Source of the DNA: Candidatus Hydrogenedentota bacterium | GTDB lineage: Bacteria; Hydrogenedentota; Hydrogenedentia; Hydrogenedentales; SLHB01 | Reading direction: 5' to 3' | Length of the DNA: 64,000 nucleotides | Assembly: GCA_963674865.2 (NCBI GenBank) | Contig: CAXXYE010000011.1 | Location: 32,001-96,000, forward strand | Shown here: positions 9,498 to 18,373 of the stretch, one piece after another | How positions within the stretch are numbered: position 1 is the first letter of the stretch | How the letters are laid out: each line of letters begins with the position of its first letter | Notes under the pieces: model-generated | What the model was told of the DNA's origin: nothing | The model's database searches: none | What the model saw: only the letters and a program-made list of their open reading frames with translations | Made by a program: the position numbers and the translations under genes

Positions 9498-10871
9498 ATG
9501 AGCACGAACCGCAGATCGGACAATGGAATGCAAATCTCTCGGCGCGAGGCGATCCGCCGCGGGCTTTGTGGGGCGGGTGGAGTGTTGCTGGCGGATCGTC
9601 TGGGCTCGAGTGCCTCGGCGTTCGTGGCGAAGCCTGAGAACGCCCCGCCCAAATCGAAGTTTCCGGTCAAGGCCAAGTCGGTGATTCAGATCTTCTTGTG
9701 GGGCGGGATGTCGCATAACGACACCTGGGATCCGAAGCCGGATGCGGGTCCCGAGTATATGGGTGAGTTCTCCAAGGTGATCGACACGAACGTGACGGGG
9801 ATCCAACTCAACGCGATCTTTCCCAATCTGGCCCAGCAGGCCGACAAGTATTCGCTGATCCGCAGCATGACCCACGGCGTCAACGGCCACGAGACGGCGG
9901 CCTATCTGATGCAGACGGGGCATAGCCGCGGCGAGCGTTTGGCATATCCCAGCGTGGGAGCGGTGTTCGCGTTGTCCAAGGGTCCGGGCTACAAGGGATT
10001 GATTCCCCCTTATGTAGTCCTGACGAAAGCTCAGGGACGTTTTTCGGAGGAGGGTTTTCTGGGGCCGAATTTCAAACCCTTTGCCACCGGCGGCGACCCT
10101 AACGCGACCCGGTTCGAGGTGGAAGGCGTGGTTGCCAAGGGCATTACCGACGATCGCCAGAAGAGACGTCGCGAATTGCTGGGCAAGATGAACACCATGG
10201 GCAATACGATGGCGGTCGATCCACGATTGAAGTCGGCCGAGGAGGCCAAAGACGCGGCCTACGAATTGATTTTGGGGCAAGGCAAGGAGGTCTTCGATCT
10301 GGGGAAAGAGAAGAAGGAATTGAGAGATCTCTACGGACGTCACACCTTCGGGCAAGACTGCCTGGCGGCTCGACGGCTGGTGCAGGCCGGCGTTCCCTAT
10401 GTTGTGATCAACTATCCCGGGGGCTGGGACACGCACAAGAACCACTTCCAGACAATGAAGCGGCAGGTACCGCAGCTCGACCAGGGTCTGGCGATGTTGC
10501 TCAAGGATTTGAGCGATCAGGGGTTGCTTGACAGCACGCTGGTCTGGTGTTGTGGCGAGTTCGGGCGAGGCCCCAAGGTGGACTATCAACCGCCTTGGAA
10601 CGGTGGCCGCAACCATTACGGCAAGGTCTTCTCTGTTCTGGTGGCCGGGGGTGGATTCAAGGGTGGCCAAGTGGTCGGTTCGTCGGACGAGACGGGTGCA
10701 AACGTGAAGGACCGGCCGGTCTACCCGGTCGATCTGCTGGGCAGCATCTATCAGTTGGCCGGGATCGACTCCAGCGCCACACTACCCCACCCCTTGGGCC
10801 TGGAGGCGCACATCCTGCCCACCGAAGCGGAAGGCGCCAAGTCGGGGGGGCGTCTGACCGAGATTATGTAG
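9498..10871 (+). CDS. DUF1501 domain protein with Tat-like leader
   Basis: SRREAIRR leader; FLWGGMSHNDTWDPKP, ARRLVQAGV, GWDTH, GEFGR. Confidence 0.92.
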   Translation: MSTNRRSDNGMQISRREAIRRGLCGAGGVLLADRLGSSASAFVAKPENAPPKSKFPVKAKSVIQIFLWGGMSHNDTWDPKPDAGPEYMGEFSKVIDTNVTGIQLNAIFPNLAQQADKYSLIRSMTHGVNGHETAAYLMQTGHSRGERLAYPSVGAVFALSKGPGYKGLIPPYVVLTKAQGRFSEEGFLGPNFKPFATGGDPNATRFEVEGVVAKGITDDRQKRRRELLGKMNTMGNTMAVDPRLKSAEEAKDAAYELILGQGKEVFDLGKEKKELRDLYGRHTFGQDCLAARRLVQAGVPYVVINYPGGWDTHKNHFQTMKRQVPQLDQGLAMLLKDLSDQGLLDSTLVWCCGEFGRGPKVDYQPPWNGGRNHYGKVFSVLVAGGGFKGGQVVGSSDETGANVKDRPVYPVDLLGSIYQLAGIDSSATLPHPLGLEAHILPTEAEGAKSGGRLTEIM

Positions 10872-10976
10872 CGAGCGGTGGCGAAACGGTGGATTCCGGC
10901 GCGTGCCGGGTTCCACGCATCGCGCTACCGTAACCTTCCTGTACGATATCTGGCTGAAGAGACAATGGAGCGGATC

Positions 10977-13106
10977 ATGAGGAAAGTTATCTGGCTTCCA
11001 ATTCTGGTGCTCACCGGGTTGATGGCAATGGCATCCTCGGTGGCGGGTCAGCAGACACCGTACATAGGTTTTGTCTATCCGGCCGGCGGCCAGCGGGGCA
11101 CCACGGTCCAGATCCGCTTGGGCGGACAGCGCCTCACCGGGGTCAAAGATGCCGTCGTCACCGGTCCCGGCGTCTCGGCCAAGCTGAATAAGTTCTATAG
11201 GAGGCTCAGCAATCAGGAAATCCAACTGCTGAGGGAGCAGGTGAGGGAGTTGAGAAAGGGGGCGGTCAGGAGGGGTAATGGCAGGGGCAAGGGCAAGGTG
11301 CAAGATCCCAAGAAGCAGGAGTTGATCGAGAGGATCGAGAAGAGGATGAAAGAATGGGTCAACCGGCCCGCTTGCACCGCGCTGGCCGAGATTGCCATTT
11401 TCGACGTAACCATAGACCCCGACGCGGAACCCGGCCCGCGCGAGATACGACTGGTGACGGCCCGCGGGGTCTCGAATCCGATGGTGTTTTACGTCGGTCA
11501 AGTGCCCGAGGTTGCCAGAAAGCCGATGAGTACGTGTGTCTTTCAGGTGCTCGGCAAGGAGAGTCTGGCCCAGCGGAAGAGACCTCCCGAAGAGGAAGAA
11601 GAGACGATCGCGGTGCCCTGCACCATGAACGGCCAAATCGCATCGGGCGAGGTCAACCGGTATCGTTTCGAGGCCAAGAAGGGTCAACGATTGGTTGTCA
11701 CTGTGAGTGCGCGGGAATTGATACCCTATATTGCCGACGCCGTGCCCGGCTGGTTTCAGCCGATCTTGTCGCTTCACGACGCGGACGGGAAAGAGGTGGC
11801 GTTTAGCGACGACTTCCGTTTCAAGCCCGATCCGACTCTCTACTGTGAAGTGCCCAAGGACGGCGAATACGTTTTGTCGATCACCGACGCCATCTACCGG
11901 GGCCGCGAGGATTTCGTCTACCGCATCACGGTCGGTGAAGTGCCGTTTGTGACCAGCATTTTCCCCCTGGGGGGCCGAGTGGGAGAGCCTGCAAGCATCG
12001 AGATGGAGGGCTGGAATCTCACCAAGGCAGAGCTGGCGCCGCCTCCCAAGGACGCTCAAGCGGGCGTCTACCAGCTTAGCGCCAAGGCCGGCAAATTCGT
12101 TTCCAACCGTATGCCGTTTGTGCTGGGCACGCTGCCGGAATGCCTCGATCAAGAATCCAACAACGATCAGGCCCACGCGCAGAAGGTCAAGCTGCCGATC
12201 GTTGTCAACGGGCGGACCGACAAGCCGGATGACTGGGACGTGTTCCAGGTGGACGGCAAGGCCGGGGATACGATCGTGGCGGAAGTCAGTGCCCGACGGC
12301 TGGATTCTCCGCTCGATTCGATTCTCAAGGTCACCGATTCGGCCGGCAAACTCTTGGCCGTCAATGACGATTGCACGGACGTGGGATCGGGTTTGAACAC
12401 CCACCACGCAGATTCCTACCTGATGGTCAAGCTGCCCGCGGACGGAGCTTACTACGTGCACCTGGGCGATACGGCCCGTAACGGCGGCAAGGAGTATGCC
12501 TACCGACTGCGGATCAGCCCGCCGCGTCCCGATTTTGAGTTACGGGTAGTGCCGTCCAGCGCGGCGCTGCGGAGCAGGGCGGGGACCGCCGTGACCGTCT
12601 ATGCAATCCGCAAAGACGGGTTCTCGGACGACATCAAGATCAATCTGAAGGACGCCCCCAAGGGGCTGAAGTCGTTCCCCGTTACGCTGAAGAATGACAA
12701 GAAGAACGTGCGGCTGTGGGTGAAGACGACCTTGGCCCAGACGTGGAAGCCGATGGCGCTTGCGATTGAAGGCCGGGCCAAGGCTGGAGAGCAGAAGTTG
12801 GCCCATCAGGCGGTGCCGGCGGACGACAGGATGCAGGCATTCCTCTGGCGGCATCTGGTTCCGGCGGCAGACCTCAAGGCCGTGGTCTATAACCCGTCGT
12901 ACCAGCCACCGCCGACCCGCGTGGCCCCGCCGATGACCGACGAGCAGAAAGCCGAAGCGGAGGCCAAAGATCCGAAGACGACACGCAAGTTCACCAAGCG
13001 CCAGGTGGCCGGACGTTTGCGACAACTCAAGGGCCTCTTCGAGGAATGGCTGATCACAGAGGATTTCTACAATCGCAAGGTTGCGGAGTGCGAAGCGGCG
13101 CTTTGA
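10977..13106 (+). CDS. PPC-domain (pre-peptidase C-terminal) secreted protein, usual partner of DUF1501/DUF1553
   Basis: Signal peptide; VYPAGGQRGTTV, ESNND, ARRLDSPLDS, YRLRI; ATG at 10977 behind GGAG. Confidence 0.82.
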   Translation: MRKVIWLPILVLTGLMAMASSVAGQQTPYIGFVYPAGGQRGTTVQIRLGGQRLTGVKDAVVTGPGVSAKLNKFYRRLSNQEIQLLREQVRELRKGAVRRGNGRGKGKVQDPKKQELIERIEKRMKEWVNRPACTALAEIAIFDVTIDPDAEPGPREIRLVTARGVSNPMVFYVGQVPEVARKPMSTCVFQVLGKESLAQRKRPPEEEEETIAVPCTMNGQIASGEVNRYRFEAKKGQRLVVTVSARELIPYIADAVPGWFQPILSLHDADGKEVAFSDDFRFKPDPTLYCEVPKDGEYVLSITDAIYRGREDFVYRITVGEVPFVTSIFPLGGRVGEPASIEMEGWNLTKAELAPPPKDAQAGVYQLSAKAGKFVSNRMPFVLGTLPECLDQESNNDQAHAQKVKLPIVVNGRTDKPDDWDVFQVDGKAGDTIVAEVSARRLDSPLDSILKVTDSAGKLLAVNDDCTDVGSGLNTHHADSYLMVKLPADGAYYVHLGDTARNGGKEYAYRLRISPPRPDFELRVVPSSAALRSRAGTAVTVYAIRKDGFSDDIKINLKDAPKGLKSFPVTLKNDKKNVRLWVKTTLAQTWKPMALAIEGRAKAGEQKLAHQAVPADDRMQAFLWRHLVPAADLKAVVYNPSYQPPPTRVAPPMTDEQKAEAEAKDPKTTRKFTKRQVAGRLRQLKGLFEEWLITEDFYNRKVAECEAAL

Positions 13107-13271
13107 GTCAAGTGGGATACCGGAAACGCACCGTGTGGATTCGGTGGATTCGATCTTCCCGCCGCGTAACGGCGAGTCTTGCGCAGTCTTCCTGACTTGC
13201 GTTCGAGTAGAGCAGCTTGTGCTTGAGCATAACAGCCCGCTCGGAGACGCACACAGAACTAGGAGCCGTCC

Positions 13272-14654
13272 ATGAACTCTCGCCTGGTCATGCTCTGTTC
13301 GTTTGCCGTCCTCTTACAGGCAGGTCTATCGGCCGCTGCCGTCGAGGCGGCTCAGGCGGTTGAAGTGGCCGGGGCCAAGCTTGCGTTCGTCGACTATCAG
13401 GGACCGGCGACCTTCTCGGTCGAATCGCCCGAGAAGCACAAACTGCTAATCGACTTCGACCCGCGAACCGAGCGAGAGCCGCCGGTTCTTCGCATCGAAC
13501 TCGCCCAGAGCGGGCCCAAGACCTGGCCCTTTTTCGACGTCGAGGTGCTCGATGCGGACGGTCGGGCCATTTCGGTGCGGCGGCCGGGTATCGAGTGGCA
13601 TACGCTGTTCCTCAAGCTGCCGGTGGAGCGGGGCAGGTTTGTCGTGCATGCGGTCGAGCCACCCGCGGGTCGCCCAAAGCGATCTTCAAGCAAGGAACGC
13701 CAGGCTACGGATCCCGCCACCGGTTTGAGTGTCGCGATCGCCGACTGGTACGGCGGGCGCCGCGCGGCCCTCAGCATTCGCTTCGACGACTCGCATCCCA
13801 CGCATCTGTCAAAGGTCGTTCCCACGCTGGATGAGTATGGATTCCGGGGCACTTTCATGGTCAATCCGGGTGAACATCCGCCCAACAGCCGGCGGCGTTC
13901 CGCCTTTCATACTCAGCGGAGCGAATGGGAAGCCGTCGCCCGCCGCGGCAACCACGAGTTTGCCAACCACACCCTGCACCATCAAGGGGCGCAAAACGAC
14001 GAGGAGATGGAATACCAGGTCGGTGAGGCTTGCGAGGCCATCTGGAGACTCTTTCCGGATAAGAGCAAGCTGCTGGCCCTCAATCTTGGCGGCGGCACCT
14101 ACTGGGAAACTACCAGAACCTTGCGCTACTACCTCGACAAGTATCATCTCTTCGACATCTCGGGGTCCCTGGGGATGGATGACGTCTACGGCAATCGCGT
14201 CGAGGCATTCCGTCAACATCTCCAGCGGCACCTGGACCGGTCCGGCTGGTGCAGAATGCACTATCACGACATCGGCGATGACCACGGCGCCAGCGAAGCC
14301 AACTTCCGTGCCGCTTTGGACATCGCCAAAGAACACGAAGCGGAATTGTGGATCGCCGGCATGGCCGATATCCATAAGTACCAGACCGAGCGCGATCAGG
14401 CCACGTTGGCAATCGCCAACCGGGGCCCCCGCCGGGCCGCCGTGACTCTCTCCTGCTCCACCGATGCGAAACTCTACGACCAAGACCTGACGATCGAGCT
14501 TGCCTTGCCGCAGGGCTGGTCGCCAGAACAAGTCACGGTCAGCCCGATCGAGCCCGGCCGGGTTGTTTCGCCGGCTTCTATCTCGGATAATACGGCGATT
14601 CGTTGCGATCTGCCCCCGATCACCGCGACGTACATCGTCGAGAAGACGCAGTGA
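13272..14654 (+). CDS. Secreted polysaccharide deacetylase (CE4/NodB-like)
   Basis: Signal peptide; SIRFDD, FRGTFMVN, HEFANHTLHH. Confidence 0.8.
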   Translation: MNSRLVMLCSFAVLLQAGLSAAAVEAAQAVEVAGAKLAFVDYQGPATFSVESPEKHKLLIDFDPRTEREPPVLRIELAQSGPKTWPFFDVEVLDADGRAISVRRPGIEWHTLFLKLPVERGRFVVHAVEPPAGRPKRSSSKERQATDPATGLSVAIADWYGGRRAALSIRFDDSHPTHLSKVVPTLDEYGFRGTFMVNPGEHPPNSRRRSAFHTQRSEWEAVARRGNHEFANHTLHHQGAQNDEEMEYQVGEACEAIWRLFPDKSKLLALNLGGGTYWETTRTLRYYLDKYHLFDISGSLGMDDVYGNRVEAFRQHLQRHLDRSGWCRMHYHDIGDDHGASEANFRAALDIAKEHEAELWIAGMADIHKYQTERDQATLAIANRGPRRAAVTLSCSTDAKLYDQDLTIELALPQGWSPEQVTVSPIEPGRVVSPASISDNTAIRCDLPPITATYIVEKTQ

Positions 14655-14705
14655 CCGGGACAAGGTGGTAATCCGTTACGCCCAGGAAAGCTTAGGTGAA
14701 GTGAG

Positions 14706-15851
14706 ATGAACCAAGAATCCTGTTTGAACGACGCGAAGAGAAAAACCGGATCCGCGAACAGGCGACGTTTCCTGCAATCGGCGATCGGTGCCGGGCTGAC
14801 GCTGGGGGCGGCAAGCGGCCGGGCGGCACTCGGTAGATCGAAGGGCGAAGGCGACAAGATCCGCGTGGGTCTGATCGGGACCGACGGGCATACGGGCGTG
14901 ATTCTGGGGAGCATTCAGAAACTGCCGGGAGTGGAACTGACGGCCTTTGCCAAGAGCCTCCCGGAGGACGATGCCTCGGGTATCCGACGCAACAAGGCGT
15001 TTTCCCAGAAGGCTCGCGTCTACGACCGGTTCGAGGAGATGTTGGAGAAGGAAGAGCTGGACGTGGTCGGTGTCTGCCTGCCCTACTACCGCAATCACGA
15101 GGCCTCGATTGCGGCGGCCCGCAAGGGGATCCACATCGTCTCGGAGAAACCGATAGCGACCACGCTGGCCGGTCTAGCGGAGTTAAAAAAAGCGGTGACC
15201 GAGTCGGGCGTACGGCTGACGTCGTTGATGAACATGCGCTGTTTTCCGCCCTATCGAGCGGCTCGAAAGGCGGTCCAAGAAGGTTTGATCGGCGAACCGA
15301 TTCTGCTCACCTCGCAGAAATCGTATCGGTTCGGGGCCCAGAGGCCTTGGTTCTACAAGAAAATGGAGACTTACGGCGGCACCATCCCCTGGGCGGGAAT
15401 CCACTCGATCGACTATATGCGCTGGACTACCGGTCGAGAGTACGTCGAAGTGTCGGCCTGGCACGGGAATCGAGACCATCCGGAGTATCCCGGTTTTCAG
15501 GACCACGCCGGTGTTCTTTTCAAGTTGGACAACGGCGGCACCGCGATGAGCAACCTCGACTATCTGCGGCCCGACAGCGCTCCCACGCACGGGGACGACC
15601 GCCTGCGGATTGCCGGGAGCGAAGGCGTGCTGGAAGTGCTGGGGGCCGAGCGGCGCGTTAACGTGATTACCGCTTCGGGTGGATCCCAGGGGTTGGAGAT
15701 GCCCGAAGAGGTCGATTTCTTCGCGGACTTCATCGCCGAACTTGCAGGTGAGGGTGAACACCTTATCAGCCAGGCGGATGCTTTTCGCTTGACGGAGGTC
15801 TGTTTGAAAGCCCGGGACGCGGCGGAGTCGGGGAAGTGGACCCGGGTTTGA
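14706..15851 (+). CDS. Tat-exported Gfo/Idh/MocA oxidoreductase
   Basis: NRRRFLQ twin-arginine leader; RVGLIG, SEKP, GIHSID. Confidence 0.9.
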   Translation: MNQESCLNDAKRKTGSANRRRFLQSAIGAGLTLGAASGRAALGRSKGEGDKIRVGLIGTDGHTGVILGSIQKLPGVELTAFAKSLPEDDASGIRRNKAFSQKARVYDRFEEMLEKEELDVVGVCLPYYRNHEASIAAARKGIHIVSEKPIATTLAGLAELKKAVTESGVRLTSLMNMRCFPPYRAARKAVQEGLIGEPILLTSQKSYRFGAQRPWFYKKMETYGGTIPWAGIHSIDYMRWTTGREYVEVSAWHGNRDHPEYPGFQDHAGVLFKLDNGGTAMSNLDYLRPDSAPTHGDDRLRIAGSEGVLEVLGAERRVNVITASGGSQGLEMPEEVDFFADFIAELAGEGEHLISQADAFRLTEVCLKARDAAESGKWTRV

Positions 15852-15867
15852 TCGAGAGGGCAATTGG

Positions 15868-17133
15868 GTGAATAACGATCTACGCTCCTACGTACGAGAG
15901 TTGCCGGTCTTCGACGTGCACGAGCACCACATGCCGGAGGTATTGGGCGATCGAGAGGTTGGCCTGTTGGACCTTCTGTGGCAGAGCTACGGGGGCTGGA
16001 CCCAGGCTCGGCCCTATCCGTTGTCGTCGGAGGCCGGATTCGAGGACCCAATGTTTGCAGGGCTCGGCCCTGAAAGCTGGGAGGAGGTGTCCAAGTTCGT
16101 TGAAGGTAGTGGGTCGAATGCGTTCGTGCGGAACATGATCCGGGCGTTGACCGAGCTGTATGAGCTGGACGAGGGCGGGATCACGCCGGGGAACTGGGAA
16201 CGTCTGGACGCGGAGATTCGCCGGCGTCACGGGGACGATGGCTGGCGGGCTGAAGTGCTGGACCGGGCCGGAATCGAGCGGATCATCACCGATCCGTTCA
16301 AAGAACCCTTGCTCGACGCCCGCCAGGCACTGGGCGAGCGGTATTCTTCGGTCTTGCGGATCAACGCCCTGGCTTTTGGCTGGCATCCCGAGTCGCTGGA
16401 CCACAACGGCAATAGCGCCCATCGATTCGCCAAACGGATCGGGTGCCGAGTTGAAACCTTTGACGATTACCTGGCGATGTTGGAAGTCGTGCTGGTTACG
16501 ATGGCCGATCGGCATCAAGTCGGGCTCAAGAATGCGCTGGCCTACGATCGGTCGGTCGATTTCGACGACGTGGACGAGCGCCTGGCGCGGCGGGCCTGGG
16601 GACGGCGAGACCCCGCGGCCGACGAGCGGAAGGCCTTCGGAGACGTGGTCGTGGATCGTCTCTGCCGCCTGGCCGGCGAACGGGACGTGCCGTTTCAGAT
16701 GCACCTCGGCTCGGGGCAGATCCGCGGTTCGCATCCAATCAACGCGGCGGGGCTGATCGAGCGCCATCCGAAAACCCGGTTCTTGCTGATGCATCTGGCT
16801 TTTCCCTGGAGTCGGGATCTGCTGGGGATGGCGTTCGTCTACCGCAATATCTGGATCGATCTGACCTGGTCGGCGCTTCTGAGTCCAACGTATTTCAGAC
16901 AATCGTTGCACGAAGCGATCGAAGTATTGCCGGACGAATCGCGGATGATGATCGGCGGCGACAACTGGCACGTGGAGGAGACTTACGGCGCTATCGGCAC
17001 GTTCCGCCGACTGATCGGCGAGGTGCTCGAGGAGAAGGTCGACGACGGCTACTTCAAAGCGGACGACGCCCGGCGTTTGGCGCGGAAGATCTTGGGCGAG
17101 AACGCGGCTCGGTTTTTCGCTTGGCCGGAGTAA
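15868..17133 (+). CDS. Amidohydrolase superfamily protein (uronate-isomerase-like)
   Basis: DVHEHH (HxH), FQMHLG, LMHLAFP, GGD. Confidence 0.8.
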   Translation: MNNDLRSYVRELPVFDVHEHHMPEVLGDREVGLLDLLWQSYGGWTQARPYPLSSEAGFEDPMFAGLGPESWEEVSKFVEGSGSNAFVRNMIRALTELYELDEGGITPGNWERLDAEIRRRHGDDGWRAEVLDRAGIERIITDPFKEPLLDARQALGERYSSVLRINALAFGWHPESLDHNGNSAHRFAKRIGCRVETFDDYLAMLEVVLVTMADRHQVGLKNALAYDRSVDFDDVDERLARRAWGRRDPAADERKAFGDVVVDRLCRLAGERDVPFQMHLGSGQIRGSHPINAAGLIERHPKTRFLLMHLAFPWSRDLLGMAFVYRNIWIDLTWSALLSPTYFRQSLHEAIEVLPDESRMMIGGDNWHVEETYGAIGTFRRLIGEVLEEKVDDGYFKADDARRLARKILGENAARFFAWPE

Positions 17134-17327
17134 GAGACAAGAGAAGGCGGTTGGGGCATAGCGAAGTGTTACGCGGCCGCAAGTCTGTCCGCCTTCAGCG
17201 ACAGTGCATAAGGCAATACTCTTGAACAGAATCGTATAAGACAGGTCTTTTGTTGCGTCCAGCCAGCCACCGCTCGGTTGCTGTCGATCACACTTCAATA
17301 TGAAAAGCAAGGCTGGAGGAATTTCCA

Positions 17328-18365
17328 GTGAAGAATGCCGTCAAATACGCGGTTGCGGGAATGGCTCCGATACTGGCCAACCTGGCGGCGTGGCCGAGCG
17401 CGGCGGCGGAGCAGAAGGCTTTCGAGGTTCCCACGATGTGGGAATATAGTGCTCCGCTGATCGCGCCCGAGAAACGCGAGCGCCATCCGAGCCATGCCCA
17501 AAAGGACCCCACGGTGGTCTTTCACGGCGGGAAGTGGCACGTCTTCATGACCGTGAAGTTGCCGAAGAAATCGGCCATCGAGTATTGCTCGTTCGAAAAA
17601 TGGGAAGACGCCGACCGGTCCCAGCGCACGATCCTCAAGATCAGCGATAGCGACTACTACTGCGCCCCGCAAGTCTTCTACTTCACGCCGCAGAAGAAAT
17701 GGTATCTGGTCTACCAGATGGGGGTCGAAGGGGCGCGATTCATGTGGGTGGCCTATTCCACCACAACCACGATCGACGACCCGGATTCTTGGACGCAAGC
17801 CAGACCAATCCTTGATGGTGGCGAGAACGATCCTCGCGAGGTGGGAGGTCTCGATTACTGGATCATTTGCGACGCCGAGCGGGCGTACCTCTTCCTCACC
17901 AGTCTGAACGGCAAGATGTGGCGGCTCTGGACGAGCCTGGAAGAGTTCCCCAAGGGTTTCGACCACTGCGAGCTTGCCCTGGAGGCCAAGATCTTCGAGG
18001 CCAGCCATACCTACAAGCTGAAGGGCAGTGACGAGTATCTCACGATCATCGAAGAGAACGGGCGGCGCTACTACAAGGCATACGTGGCCGACCGGCTGGA
18101 CGGCGAGTGGACACCATTGGCAGACACGGCCCAAAAACCGTTTGCCGGATGGAAGAACATCCGCCCCGCCGCCGGCGTGTCCCCCTGGACCGACAACATC
18201 AGCCACGGTGAACTAATCCGCGACGGATTCGACCAGAAGTTGACGGTCGATCCGGGCAGCTTGAAGCTACTGTTTCAGGGGATGCTGGACAAGGACAAGG
18301 GCGGCAAGGGTTACGGACAGTTTCAGTGGCGGCTGGGGATGCTGCGGCCGGTCGAGGGCGAGTAG
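17328..18365 (+). CDS. GH62-like alpha-L-arabinofuranosidase
   Basis: KDPTVV, CAPQVFYF, DYWIICD, FEASHTYK, ISHGELIR motifs typical of GH62. Confidence 0.85.
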   Translation: MKNAVKYAVAGMAPILANLAAWPSAAAEQKAFEVPTMWEYSAPLIAPEKRERHPSHAQKDPTVVFHGGKWHVFMTVKLPKKSAIEYCSFEKWEDADRSQRTILKISDSDYYCAPQVFYFTPQKKWYLVYQMGVEGARFMWVAYSTTTTIDDPDSWTQARPILDGGENDPREVGGLDYWIICDAERAYLFLTSLNGKMWRLWTSLEEFPKGFDHCELALEAKIFEASHTYKLKGSDEYLTIIEENGRRYYKAYVADRLDGEWTPLADTAQKPFAGWKNIRPAAGVSPWTDNISHGELIRDGFDQKLTVDPGSLKLLFQGMLDKDKGGKGYGQFQWRLGMLRPVEGE

Positions 18366-18373
18366 GCCGTGCA

